Below are positions 10,812-19,906 of a stretch of DNA of 64,000 nt, piece by piece. The DNA lies in NCBI GenBank assembly GCA_964616365.1, contig CAZTTF010000117.1, positions 156-64,155 of the forward strand, written 5' to 3'. The position numbers were made by a program, and so were the translations under genes. Source of the stretch: an uncultured Lewinella sp. GTDB taxonomy: Bacteria > Bacteroidota > Bacteroidia > Chitinophagales > Saprospiraceae. Under the pieces are notes generated by a model. The model saw only the letters and a list, made by a program, of their open reading frames with translations. It was not told where the DNA came from and ran no database searches. The first letter of the stretch is position 1, and every line of letters starts with the position of its first letter.

Positions 10812-11450
10812 CTACAACTTGCGGCCCACACTCAGCCCGTCTCTGATCGGTAGCACCACCACTTCTATCCTGGGATCAGTGAGCAGAAGCTCATTATAGG
10901 ATTTCAAGGCCTTGACGTCGGGGTCCTTATCTGCCGGGACTTTGACCCGGCCATCCCAGAGGATATTATCTGCTAGCAACAATCCGCCGGGCGTAAGCCG
11001 GTCAATCAGTTGGTGGAAGTAATCAGGGTAGCCGCGTTTATCGCCGTCGAGGAAGATCAGGTCAAAGTACTCGGGTAGGCCGGGCAGGATTTCGGCAGCC
11101 TGCCCTTGATGGAGCTCGATCTGGTTCGCAAAGGGGCTGGCGGCAAAGTTTTGCTTGGCGAGGAATGCCGTTTCGGCATTGCCCTCAATGGTATGAATTT
11201 TTCCTCCTCGGGCCAGGCCTTCGGCCAGGCAGAGAGAAGCGTACCCGGTAAAAGTGCCGAGTTCTAGTACGGTGCTGGGCTGTTGAATTTTTGCCAACAT
11301 GGCCAACAGGCGGCCCTGCAGGCGGCCGCTGAGCATCTGCGGTGCCATGGTTTTAAGAAAGGTCTGCCTTTCTACGTCCATCAGGTAGTCAGGGATTGGC
11401 CCTGAGATGGATTCGGCGTATTCGTGGCGGGGGTCAATGTCGTCGCGCAT
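10812..11450 (-). CDS. Class I SAM-dependent O-methyltransferase (caffeoyl-CoA OMT-like family 3)
   Basis: 212 aa. Motifs LELGTFTGYASL and FLDGDKRGY. Confidence 0.8.
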   Translation of the reverse strand: MRDDIDPRHEYAESISGPIPDYLMDVERQTFLKTMAPQMLSGRLQGRLLAMLAKIQQPSTVLELGTFTGYASLCLAEGLARGGKIHTIEGNAETAFLAKQNFAASPFANQIELHQGQAAEILPGLPEYFDLIFLDGDKRGYPDYFHQLIDRLTPGGLLLADNILWDGRVKVPADKDPDVKALKSYNELLLTDPRIEVVVLPIRDGLSVGRKL

Positions 11451-11498
11451 GGTCAGCTTTATTAAGAGGGGTAGGTGACAGGTGGGTATCGCTCTCGC

Positions 11499-12032
11499 TT
11501 AATGATTGGAGCCATTGGTGAGTTCCACAAGGTCTTCCAGCGGTACGTTTACGTCTACAACGTAGCCGTCCGGGTCAATCAAAAAATTCGTCGGAACTTG
11601 CTTGACACCGTAGAGGGAGGCAACCTCGCCGCCGAGGAATTTGAGGCTTTCGGTTTTATCCATCACTTGGTAAGGCCACAACCTGGCATCCTGCGTCCGC
11701 GCCCTTTGCCACCTGCTGGAATCTTTCTCAATGGCGATACTCACGATGGTTACCTCGTCTTGAAGCGCCACCAAGGCCGGACTCTCGCGCCGGCAAGGGC
11801 CACACCACGAACCCCAGAAGTCAAGCAGTACGTATGATCCCCGCAAGTCACTCAGCGAGAAGGTTTGCCCATCAGCTCTTATTGCCGTAAAGTCCTTTGC
11901 TAAGTCCTCGTTCCCAACCGAAGGCGTGAAATACCAGGCCCGGCCACTAAAATAAGCGGCTAAGAGGAAGAGCGGGATAAAGAATTTTTGCGGTGCAGTA
12001 CTGCGCGCTCTACCAAGCATCCTCATCGTCAA
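11499..12032 (-). CDS. TlpA-family thiol:disulfide oxidoreductase (thioredoxin fold)
   Basis: 177 aa. N-terminal signal/anchor and WCGPC active site. Confidence 0.85.
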   Translation of the reverse strand: MTMRMLGRARSTAPQKFFIPLFLLAAYFSGRAWYFTPSVGNEDLAKDFTAIRADGQTFSLSDLRGSYVLLDFWGSWCGPCRRESPALVALQDEVTIVSIAIEKDSSRWQRARTQDARLWPYQVMDKTESLKFLGGEVASLYGVKQVPTNFLIDPDGYVVDVNVPLEDLVELTNGSNH

Positions 12033-12213
12033 GTGGTTTAGGTTTATACTTCTCTTTAGTCTTTAAGCGGGCCAGCTGGCGGCGGTAGAGTAAGCGCGCT
12101 AAGCCGATGTTGGCCGGTTCGGGGGCCGAGGGATGGAAAGCCGTCGCTACAAATGCTTCGTCAACGTCAAGGGTATAACACAAACTCATCAGCTGCTCCA
12201 TTCGGTGCTGCAT
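12010..12213 (-). CDS. Hypothetical protein (reading frame stays open upstream to 12390 without an ATG/GTG/TTG)
   Basis: Track ORF of 67 aa. The same frame continues upstream with protein-like sequence (AFPKIYAIDFHEQSIALLADSLELGLPEDEQLIDEETTVRWLADVVDYW). The true start is uncertain. Confidence 0.35.
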   Translation of the reverse strand: MQHRMEQLMSLCYTLDVDEAFVATAFHPSAPEPANIGLARLLYRRQLARLKTKEKYKPKPLDDEDAW

Positions 12214-12384
12214 CCAGTAGTCGACTACGTCGGCAAGCCAGCGGACGGTCGTTTCTTCGTCGATCAGTTGCTCATCCTCCGGAAGACCCAGCTCCAGGGA
12301 GTCAGCCAGTAAGGCGATGGATTGCTCGTGGAAATCGATGGCGTAAATTTTGGGGAAAGCAAAGGTAGGCAGCGAAGCATTAAT

Positions 12385-12452
12385 GACCCACTACCTGATT
12401 ACCCACTACCTACTACTTGACTATCCACTACCCACTACCTACTATTTGACTA
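12385..12452 (+). repeat. Direct array of CCCACTACC-type short repeats (family A)
   Basis: gaCCCACTACCtgattaCCCACTACCtactacttgactatCCACTACCCACTACCtactatttgac. Confidence 0.85.
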
Positions 12453-12486
12453 AAAAAAGGGCCGCAGACTCACCGTCCACGACCCT
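12452..12486 (-). terminator. Rho-independent terminator of the coiled-coil gene
   Basis: Minus-strand RNA is AGGGUCGUGGAC-GGUGA-GUCUGCGGCCCU followed by U7. The stem is 12 bp including G-U pairs. Confidence 0.8.
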
Positions 12487-12519
12487 CTTTCAATCTTCCG
12501 GGCTAGGCCCGTTTTCTGT

Positions 12520-13545
12520 TTACTTCAGCGTTACTTCTCCTACACCAACAAAGTACCCTTTGTTGTAGAGTTCGGCAACGTAAGTACCTTCAGTGTACTG
12601 CTGGCTGGCCACGTTCCATTCGGCGCAATGGCTTGCCGCACTTCCGTCGAAGGCAAAGGTTACTGACTTAGTGTAAGGAACCTGTTCCCCGCTAACGGCA
12701 TTAGTCATGATACCACCACCTTCTGCATCGATCTTGATCGTCTCACCGTTAGGGTTGATGATCCGGAGCTGGAAAGCTTCCTCTCCAGCATCAGCTACTT
12801 CGTTACCCAGGCTATTGAAACAAACGTAGAGGCGGTTGACGCTTTTCGCGCGGGTACGGTCTACCCATTTGCCATTACCACGCTCCTTCTGGCCAACGAT
12901 AGAAACGTTGTTTGCCTTAATGACGCTGGCAATGTTCACCTTACGGCTGAGTTCATGGTTAGCGCTGGTGAGCTGCTCGCGCTCGCTGACGAGCACCGCG
13001 CGCTCATTGTTGAGGCTTTCGTTCTGCTGGCGGCTGACCTGAAGGTCGCTGCTCAAGAGGTCACGTTCAGTGCTCAGGGTCTCGTTTTGTTCGGCAAGCT
13101 GTGCATTGGCAGCCTTGAGGTCTTCAATCTCTACCAGGTAGCTGTCGGTCTGGGACCGAAGCTCTTTGAGCTCCTTACGGGCAGCCGAGAGGTTACGACT
13201 GTCACGGGTCAACGAGGTGATCTTGTCTTTTTGCTCGCGCAATTCCTCTTTCTGCTGGTCAATCAGGGCATTCAGCTCTTCATTGCTGCCGCGCATCTCT
13301 TCCAGTTCAGCAAGACTTTCGTAGTACTGCTTCTCTGTTTGCGCTTTCAATTGTTCCAGCTCCATCTTGTCGCTGGAGAGTTCTGCGTTTTCTGTGCCAC
13401 GGTTAGCGTAACCGATACCGAGGCCGATCAGGGCAATCAGTAGGACCGCAATGATGCCGGCGAACAAGGGCGTCCGGTTGGGCTTCTCCGCTGGTGCTGG
13501 CGTAAACTTGGGGGTGTTGGATGGATTATTCTGAATAGTAGCCAT
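12520..13545 (-). CDS. Membrane-anchored coiled-coil protein, function unknown
   Basis: 341 aa. One TM (LFAGIIAVLLIALIGLGIGYA), a ~200-aa heptad-rich E/L/Q/S segment and a beta-rich C-terminal domain. Followed by a strong intrinsic terminator. Confidence 0.6.
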   Translation of the reverse strand: MATIQNNPSNTPKFTPAPAEKPNRTPLFAGIIAVLLIALIGLGIGYANRGTENAELSSDKMELEQLKAQTEKQYYESLAELEEMRGSNEELNALIDQQKEELREQKDKITSLTRDSRNLSAARKELKELRSQTDSYLVEIEDLKAANAQLAEQNETLSTERDLLSSDLQVSRQQNESLNNERAVLVSEREQLTSANHELSRKVNIASVIKANNVSIVGQKERGNGKWVDRTRAKSVNRLYVCFNSLGNEVADAGEEAFQLRIINPNGETIKIDAEGGGIMTNAVSGEQVPYTKSVTFAFDGSAASHCAEWNVASQQYTEGTYVAELYNKGYFVGVGEVTLK

Positions 13546-13995
13546 ATGGCGTTGGTTTAATGATGGTCTCGTAAGTCCGGGGCTGGTGCAACAACCATCG
13601 GCGAGAGCCGAAATACGTTCCAGTTATGTGTCCATTGGTTGGTCGGAACGGGGGTATTAACGCGTTGTTTGCCTTCCGTATTACCGCAAAATGTTAAAGT
13701 TTCTCTGTTGCAACGATTATTTCGTCCTGTCCTTCAGGGGTAATTCTGGTAAAAAAACGATGAGCATAGCCTGTTTGGGAGATTGGATCGCCAAGAAGTA
13801 CGACCAAGGAAAGTTACTTAGCAGTTCTGCCAAATATGACCTTCGATTGTGTTCATGCGTGGAATAGCTTCTTCTTAAAAAAGCGTTGGTTTTGGGCGGG
13901 AACGCAGGTGCAGAGAAAGGACCAATTAAACAGCGTTTTCCGGGTATGTCATGCCCCGCGATGCACGCTGCTGCTTTTGCGGTCAAAGACTAGCG

Positions 13996-14754
13996 TTAGC
14001 CCTCTTCAGCTTTTCGGGCTACGTAAAAGCCGTAGCTGTAGTAGGCGCCATATTGTTCGTATAAATCTATCTCTTCCTGTTGGTCCCGCACCACTTTCTG
14101 CGCAAGCTCCGCATAATGGTTAGCAGCTAAAAAGCCCGGGAATCGGGCGCTTAGCGGCCCGTAATATTCCTCCGTCCAGCAGGACTGTGGTAAGTAGAAG
14201 TAGCCAGCCAGGGTGTAGCCATTTTGCTCTAACTGCTCGATTTTTTTGCCTGCGGTATTAATTTCAGTATAGGCATTGAGCCAGAAGTCCTCAACGGCCT
14301 TGGGCCTTTCGTTGGTAATCCAGGTGATTTCACTGACGACCAGGTAACCGCCGGGCTTCAGGAACTCCCTCCATTGCTGGATCCCATTTTGGAAGCCGAC
14401 ATTATAAATGGCTCCTTCAGACCAAATCAAGTCAAGTGAAGCAGGCGCAAAGGAAAGCTCCGCCATTGATTGCTCCCGGGTAGCGACACGCTCGGATAGT
14501 CCTAGCTTCAATGCCCTTTTTTCAAGCTCCCGGAGAAACTCGGGGAACAAATCAACGGCAGTGATTTGACCGTCCAGGTGACGTGCCAGGGTCAGCGTTG
14601 GGCCTCCATTGCCACAACCAAGATCAGCTACCCTGAGCGAGGTCGCCTCCGTCAGTCCGGTCAGCTGCAGCGCGCGTAAGGTAGCTGCATCACTACCCGG
14701 ACCTTGCCGGGATGTCTTCCGGTGGAGATCTATGATTAGCTCCAGCTCTGTCAT
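13996..14754 (-). CDS. Class I SAM-dependent methyltransferase
   Basis: 252 aa. Motif I VADLGCGNGGPT. Confidence 0.8.
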   Translation of the reverse strand: MTELELIIDLHRKTSRQGPGSDAATLRALQLTGLTEATSLRVADLGCGNGGPTLTLARHLDGQITAVDLFPEFLRELEKRALKLGLSERVATREQSMAELSFAPASLDLIWSEGAIYNVGFQNGIQQWREFLKPGGYLVVSEITWITNERPKAVEDFWLNAYTEINTAGKKIEQLEQNGYTLAGYFYLPQSCWTEEYYGPLSARFPGFLAANHYAELAQKVVRDQQEEIDLYEQYGAYYSYGFYVARKAEEG

Positions 14755-14796
14755 TGGAGAAATGGGAGATTTACGGAGAAAGCCTGTCGAAAGCGA

Positions 14797-15636
14797 TTAT
14801 AACTGTTCTTCCTCCTCGTACTGAAGCGTCGGCCGTTTCTTAAACGGAATGCCTAACATCGTACCGATGTTTTCGTGGTCTGCTCTGTCCATGTGCGTAT
14901 CTACCCCGTAAACTAGTTTACGATTGTCTACCGCACTGTAGGTGCCAAATACCTTGTCCCAGAAACTGAAGATGTTACCGAAGTTGGTGTCCGTATAAGG
15001 CATCCGGTAATGGTGGTGTACCCGGTGCATGTCTGGCGTGACGAAGACAACGCCCAGGGCTTTGTTCAACCAGCTTGGAACTACGATATTAGCGTGGTTG
15101 AACTGACTCAGCACCACGCTCATACTCTGGTAGAGAAAAACCAACCAGATAGGGGCGCCAACGATCAGCACCGCAAGCGTTGTAAAAACGAAACGGATGA
15201 CGCTTTCACCGGGGTGATGACGGTTGGCCGTAGTTGTGTCTACGTGCTGATCTGTATGGTGTACCAGATGAAATCGCCACAGTACAGGGATGCGGTGTTC
15301 GGTCCAGTGGGCCAGGTAGGCACCAATCAGGTCCAGTAAAGGTAGACCAACCACCAGCATCGCCCAGGTAGGAGCATCCATCCATTGTAGCAAACCGAAG
15401 TTGGCTGCAACGACCCAATCACTGGATTGTACCAGAATGAAGGCCAGGGTGAAATTGACCAAAATGGTCGTGAAGGTGAAGAAGAAGTTGATGCCGGCGT
15501 GTTTCCACTTGCGGTAACTTCCACTAAAGAGTGGCACCGCGCTCTCAATCAACCAAAAGATAGTTATCCCTCCGACCAGAATCAGACTTCGATGACTGGA
15601 AGGGATGTTTGTAAAGTAATGCACAATCGAATCCAT
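14797..15636 (-). CDS. Fatty acid hydroxylase / sterol desaturase family membrane protein
   Basis: 279 aa. Multiple TM segments. Histidine boxes HWTEH, HLVHH and HRVHHH. Confidence 0.8.
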   Translation of the reverse strand: MDSIVHYFTNIPSSHRSLILVGGITIFWLIESAVPLFSGSYRKWKHAGINFFFTFTTILVNFTLAFILVQSSDWVVAANFGLLQWMDAPTWAMLVVGLPLLDLIGAYLAHWTEHRIPVLWRFHLVHHTDQHVDTTTANRHHPGESVIRFVFTTLAVLIVGAPIWLVFLYQSMSVVLSQFNHANIVVPSWLNKALGVVFVTPDMHRVHHHYRMPYTDTNFGNIFSFWDKVFGTYSAVDNRKLVYGVDTHMDRADHENIGTMLGIPFKKRPTLQYEEEEQL

Positions 15637-15715
15637 GCTGCAATTTACGATGATGAGGGGGAATTCTTAGATTTTCAGGTTTGCAGAGGGTGTACTACCT
15701 TAAGGGCAATATCAA

Positions 15716-17137
15716 ATGTCAATTATGCCAAAGTCCACTAACCGAAGGAAGTTTTTAAAAACAGCTGGCACTGCCGCCGCCGGATTCATGATCGTTCCCC
15801 GCCACGTACTTGGGGGGAAAGGCTACACTGCCCCTAGTGACATTGTTAACGTCGCCGCCATTGGCGCCGGAGGAAAAGGGCGCAGTGGCCTGCGCGCGGT
15901 AGAGAGTCAGAATATCGTCGCCTTGTGTGATGTGGACGATAATATGGCAGCCGACGCCCGTAAGGCCTATCCCAAGGCAAGTTATCACCGGGATTACCGG
16001 GTAATGCTGGAGGAAATGGGCAATGATATCGACGCAGTAATCATTTCCACTCCCGATCATACCCATGCCATTACGGGGTTGGCTTGCATGGACCTGGACA
16101 AACACGTCTACATTGAAAAACCACTCGCCCATAGTATCGAGGAGGTACGGGCACTGTCCGAAGCTGCCAAGGCCAAGCCTCACCTGATTACCCAAATGGG
16201 TAACCAGGGAGCCAGTGGAGAAGGTATTCGGAAAACCCAGGAGATTTATGAGGCCGGCTTACTCGGTGATGTACACACGGTTTATGCGTTCACTAACCGG
16301 CCGGTTTGGCCACAGGGTGGGGCAGCACCCACCGAAGCGCAGCCCGTTCCGGACCATATTGACTGGAACCTGTGGCAGGGCCCTGCTGCAGCTAGAGACT
16401 ACAATGAAGCTTTCCATCCCTTCGCCTGGCGTGGATACTGGGATTATGGAACCGGGGCACTAGGTGATATGGGGTGCCATATTCTCGATACTCCGTTTTA
16501 TATCCTCGAGTTGGGTTACCCACTGTCTGCCGAAGCCAGTGTCGGACAGGTGTTTAGCCGTAACTGGTCTCCGGATTATAACCCCGAGAGCTGCCCGCCC
16601 TCTTCCAAGATTCATATCAACTTCCCCGCCCGGGGTGACAAACCACCCGTGAAACTCATCTGGACTGATGGCGGAATTTTACCTGAGCGTCCGGAAGGAA
16701 TGGGTAAGGATGAGAAATTAGGAGATGGCCGTGGTAATGGTATCATCATGGAAGGTACCCGCGGAACGCTGGTGGCAGACGTCTATGGCGCAAACCCCCG
16801 CCTGCTTCCAACTTCGCTCATGGATAATATCAATGTTCCAGAACGCTTACCTCGGGTAACGACCAGTCATGGCATGGACTGGATCAACGGTATCAAAGAG
16901 AACTACCAGCCGAGTAGCCATTTCGGGAAGGCTGGACCACTCACCGAAACCGTGCTCATGGGTAACCTTGCGGTGCGCGGATACACTTACCGATTCCCTG
17001 ATCCTCAGGGCAAGGATAAGGATGCCTACATCGTACCAGGCCGTACGCGCCTGGAGTGGGATGGTGCCAAAATGGAGGTCACTAACGTCCCAGAGATGAA
17101 TTACTTCGTCAAAAACCAGAAGAACCGGAAGTTTTAG
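15716..17137 (+). CDS. Gfo/Idh/MocA-family oxidoreductase with twin-arginine signal
   Basis: 473 aa. Tat motif NRRKFLKTAGTAAAGF and Rossmann motif VAAIGAGGKG. Confidence 0.8.
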   Translation: MSIMPKSTNRRKFLKTAGTAAAGFMIVPRHVLGGKGYTAPSDIVNVAAIGAGGKGRSGLRAVESQNIVALCDVDDNMAADARKAYPKASYHRDYRVMLEEMGNDIDAVIISTPDHTHAITGLACMDLDKHVYIEKPLAHSIEEVRALSEAAKAKPHLITQMGNQGASGEGIRKTQEIYEAGLLGDVHTVYAFTNRPVWPQGGAAPTEAQPVPDHIDWNLWQGPAAARDYNEAFHPFAWRGYWDYGTGALGDMGCHILDTPFYILELGYPLSAEASVGQVFSRNWSPDYNPESCPPSSKIHINFPARGDKPPVKLIWTDGGILPERPEGMGKDEKLGDGRGNGIIMEGTRGTLVADVYGANPRLLPTSLMDNINVPERLPRVTTSHGMDWINGIKENYQPSSHFGKAGPLTETVLMGNLAVRGYTYRFPDPQGKDKDAYIVPGRTRLEWDGAKMEVTNVPEMNYFVKNQKNRKF

Positions 17138-17145
17138 TCAACATG

Positions 17146-17268
17146 GTCGAATAGTGGGTAGTCAATTAGTAGGTAGTCAAATAGTGAGTAGTCAAATAGT
17201 CTCTGTTGTCACTACTTGACTACCCACTAATTGTCTACCCACTACCCACTACTTGACCACCCACTACC
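17146..17268. repeat. Family A repeats in inverted arrangement (long imperfect hairpin between convergent genes)
   Basis: The left arm aatagtgggtagtcaattagtaggtagtcaaatagtgagtagtcaaatagt is the reverse complement type of the right arm cactacttgactacccactaattgtctacccactacccactacttgaccacccactacc. Confidence 0.85.
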
Positions 17269-18525
17269 TCACCGCCGCTCAATCGGACAGGTCATACAAT
17301 GACTGCCTCCGCGTCCTCTACTAAGTTCTCCGCTGGGAAGCGTGATGATTGTCTTACGAACAGTGTCTGGGTTGAGCCCCTCATTATCAATGTCATCAAT
17401 GAGTTTGAGGGCGCCGGTAATGGTGTACCCTGCACGATGGAGTGTTTGGGCTGTTACGGGGTTCCGGTCGTAGGTGATCGCGACTCCCGGTCGTAATGCT
17501 ACGAGGTTACAGCCGTCAGTCCATTGCTCCCGCTCTTGGTACGGGCTCTCCCCTCCGCCGGATGGGATGAAGCGGGCAACGGGGTCAATCTCTGTCAGAA
17601 TACATTCCTTGAGGCTGGTGTAGCTTGCTGAAGGACCTTCGGCACGCCATACTTCAACTCCAGAAGGCCGTCCTCCCTCACAAATAATGGGAGCATAGCA
17701 AACGTAGTCATGCTCATCAATCTGGGTGAATATGGTGTCCAAGTGCATAAAACTGCGTTCCGCAGGAACGCTTACCCGGACTACGTTTTTCACGACTCCC
17801 CGGGCAAACAGCTCGTCGGCCAGGGCACGCAGGGAGAAGCTGCTTGAGCGCTCACTCTCACCGATTAACAGGTAATCTTTGTTAAGCAGCATCACGTCAC
17901 CTCCTTCAATAGCCATCTTCTCCGCCAATGGACTTGGGGGAAAGGCCTCAACGTCGTTGAGGTTGATCACGCGATCATTTTTCCACAGATCCGTAAAGAA
18001 AGGGTGAGCAAAAATGACGAGGCGGGTAAGGAAATTCTCCCGGCTACGCGCCATCTTGGCGGCCTTGGTGATTAGCAGGTGGTCGTTAATCGTAACGGCG
18101 ATGTCACGGGTGAAAATGAAGTTGGGGATAGGGTCGAAAAGACGACGGCCATCCTTTGGCATTGAGCCCGTGATGAGCACATCAGTCAACTCTCGTGGAG
18201 AAAGCTCCGAGAGCGTCTCAACGTAGCTTTTGGGCAACTCCTCCCAGTTGATGATCAGTTCAAGCACTTCTCTGGTCGCTTCGGGAGAGGCGGCAATAGC
18301 TTCAGATAACAAATCTGCTATCTCCAGTACTCCTTCCGGGCCCAAAAACCGACGGAGTAACCGACTGAAGATGTCATGCTCGCGTTGCATCTGGGGAAGG
18401 TATACGATATCGTCAAAGAGTAATTCTTCCGCACGCTGGGGGGTAATTGATGCCGTGCCTGCATCCGGCCGGTGGATAAGTACACGTTTGAGTGGGGCAA
18501 TCTCTGAGTTCACCTTAATGGGCAT
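17269..18525 (-). CDS. arcA: Arginine deiminase
   Basis: N-terminus MPIKVNSEIAPLKRVLIHRPD and C-terminal catalytic Cys motif GGSHCMTCPIER. Start set to 18525; the 27 extra upstream codons of the track ORF look non-coding. Confidence 0.85.
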   Translation of the reverse strand: MPIKVNSEIAPLKRVLIHRPDAGTASITPQRAEELLFDDIVYLPQMQREHDIFSRLLRRFLGPEGVLEIADLLSEAIAASPEATREVLELIINWEELPKSYVETLSELSPRELTDVLITGSMPKDGRRLFDPIPNFIFTRDIAVTINDHLLITKAAKMARSRENFLTRLVIFAHPFFTDLWKNDRVINLNDVEAFPPSPLAEKMAIEGGDVMLLNKDYLLIGESERSSSFSLRALADELFARGVVKNVVRVSVPAERSFMHLDTIFTQIDEHDYVCYAPIICEGGRPSGVEVWRAEGPSASYTSLKECILTEIDPVARFIPSGGGESPYQEREQWTDGCNLVALRPGVAITYDRNPVTAQTLHRAGYTITGALKLIDDIDNEGLNPDTVRKTIITLPSGELSRGRGGSHCMTCPIERR

Positions 18526-18903
18526 AATCGATATTTGGTTAGGGAGGCGCGTAGTATGCAGTCTACCAGCGTGGCGGCCTGTAGGTTTGAATAATATTCG
18601 CCGCAAGGTATCATTTAGTGAGCTGTTTACGAATTTTCTTTCCGGACTACGGGAAATTCTATTCTCTGGTGATCTCAGTGAAGAAATGGTGTAGAGCAGT
18701 CCGCTACACTAAGCGGGCGCTGCATTCGGGTATGAAAAAGAATTAAGGTTGGACCAAGGATGGAGGTGTATTTAAACCGATAATTCAGGCAGTGTATCGA
18801 CATTTTTGGTACTGCCGTCGTACATTGACCACTGTCCCGGAAACTTTTGTTACTTTAGGACATATTTAGAGCTTACCTATGACACCGTAAAGGATCTACC
18901 ACC

Positions 18904-19770
18904 ATGCGCCAACTAAAGATCAGCAACAAAATCACTTCCCGCGAAAGCATCGCGCTGGAAAAGTATTTGACCGATATCGGAAAGATCGATCTGTTGACGC
19001 CTGAGGACGAGGCCATGTTAGCTGCCCGTATCCGCGAAGGTGATCAGGTTGCCCTCGAAAGATTGACAAAGGCAAATCTTCGTTTCGTTGTCTCCGTAGC
19101 TAAGCAGTACCAAAACCAGGGGCTGAGTCTTGCGGACCTCATCAATGAAGGAAATGTTGGTTTGATCAAAGCCGCAAAGCGCTTTGATGAAACCCGTGGT
19201 TTTAAGTTCATATCCTATGCTGTTTGGTGGATTCGCCAAAGCATTATGCAAGCCATCGTAGAATACAGCCGCTTGGTAAGAATGCCGAACAATAAAGCGG
19301 CTGGCTATACGAAGGTCAGCCAGGCTATTGCCAGTTTTCAGCAGGAGTTCGAGCGGGACCCTGAACCGGAAGAATTAGCGGATGTACTCAACGTATCCTT
19401 AGCGGACGTCGAGCGAGCCTTACGTGGTCGCCAGCGCCATTTGTCTTTCGATGCTCCTGTGGCCGGAGACGACTCTGATATCACGATGCTGGATACCATG
19501 TCCACCGATGCCACTAGCAGCCCTGATCTGAAGATCATGGGTGAATCACTGTCTAAAGAGGTGATCTCGAACCTTAATATGTTGGCACCACGGGAAAGAA
19601 CAGTACTAGCCTGTTACTTTGGTCTTGACGGGGAGGAACAACTTAACCTCGAAGAAATCGGGGAGCGTTTCGATCTGACCCGGGAGCGTGTTCGTCAGAT
19701 CAAGGAAAGAGCTATTCGTCGGCTGCGGCGCAGCCGCAACAAGCATTTGCTGAAGAGCTACCTCGGCTAA
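18904..19770 (+). CDS. rpoD: Primary RNA polymerase sigma-70 factor (short Bacteroidota type)
   Basis: 288 aa. Region 2 [12 protein letters not shown] / [10 protein letters not shown] and region 4.2 [17 protein letters not shown]. Confidence 0.85.
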   Translation: MRQLKISNKITSRESIALEKYLTDIGKIDLLTPEDEAMLAARIREGDQVALERLTKANLRFVVSVAKQYQNQGLSLADLINEGNVGLIKAAKRFDETRGFKFISYAVWWIRQSIMQAIVEYSRLVRMPNNKAAGYTKVSQAIASFQQEFERDPEPEELADVLNVSLADVERALRGRQRHLSFDAPVAGDDSDITMLDTMSTDATSSPDLKIMGESLSKEVISNLNMLAPRERTVLACYFGLDGEEQLNLEEIGERFDLTRERVRQIKERAIRRLRRSRNKHLLKSYLG

Positions 19771-19906
19771 TCCGGGAAGTGTTGTGCAACAATAAGCCAG
19801 GCGTTCTACGGGGTAGCAAAGTATCGCTATATACCTGAGAAATCGGAGGGGCCGTTCGCTACGTTACTAGTAGACGGTGCCGTCGCCTTGGCAGAACAAG
19901 CTCGCT

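Noticed and set aside
12350-12568. 72-aa + strand ORF (…HYLITHYLLLDYPLPTTYYL…)
   Set aside because: It is a translation of the CCCACTACC repeat array and the terminator, not a gene.
13565-13585. gtaagtccggggctgg, superficially like the RNase P RNA P4 (GAGGAAAGUCCGGGC) or a tmRNA 5' end
   Set aside because: The match covers only about 9 nt. The other conserved RNase P or tmRNA elements (ACAGAA, the tag reading frame, the tRNA-like 3' end) are absent nearby.
13546-13995. 450-bp gap with track ORFs 13717-13986 (-) and 13836-14123 (+), plus a 35-codon ORF at 13760-13867 (MSIACLGDWIAKKYDQGKLLSSSAKYDLRLCSCVE)
   Set aside because: The translations are compositionally implausible or too short, and no motif supports them. 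I leave the region as unexplained non-coding or leader sequence.
18816-18827. Exact 12-mer CGTCGTACATTG shared by the rpoD upstream region and the PorP/SprF upstream region (44149-44160), with a related TCGTACATTTG at 39571-39581 resembling the Bacteroidota -7 box TAnnTTTG
   Set aside because: Hundreds of 12-mer coincidences are expected by chance in 64 kb on two strands. I could not find properly spaced -33 TTTG elements, so there is not enough support to call promoters.
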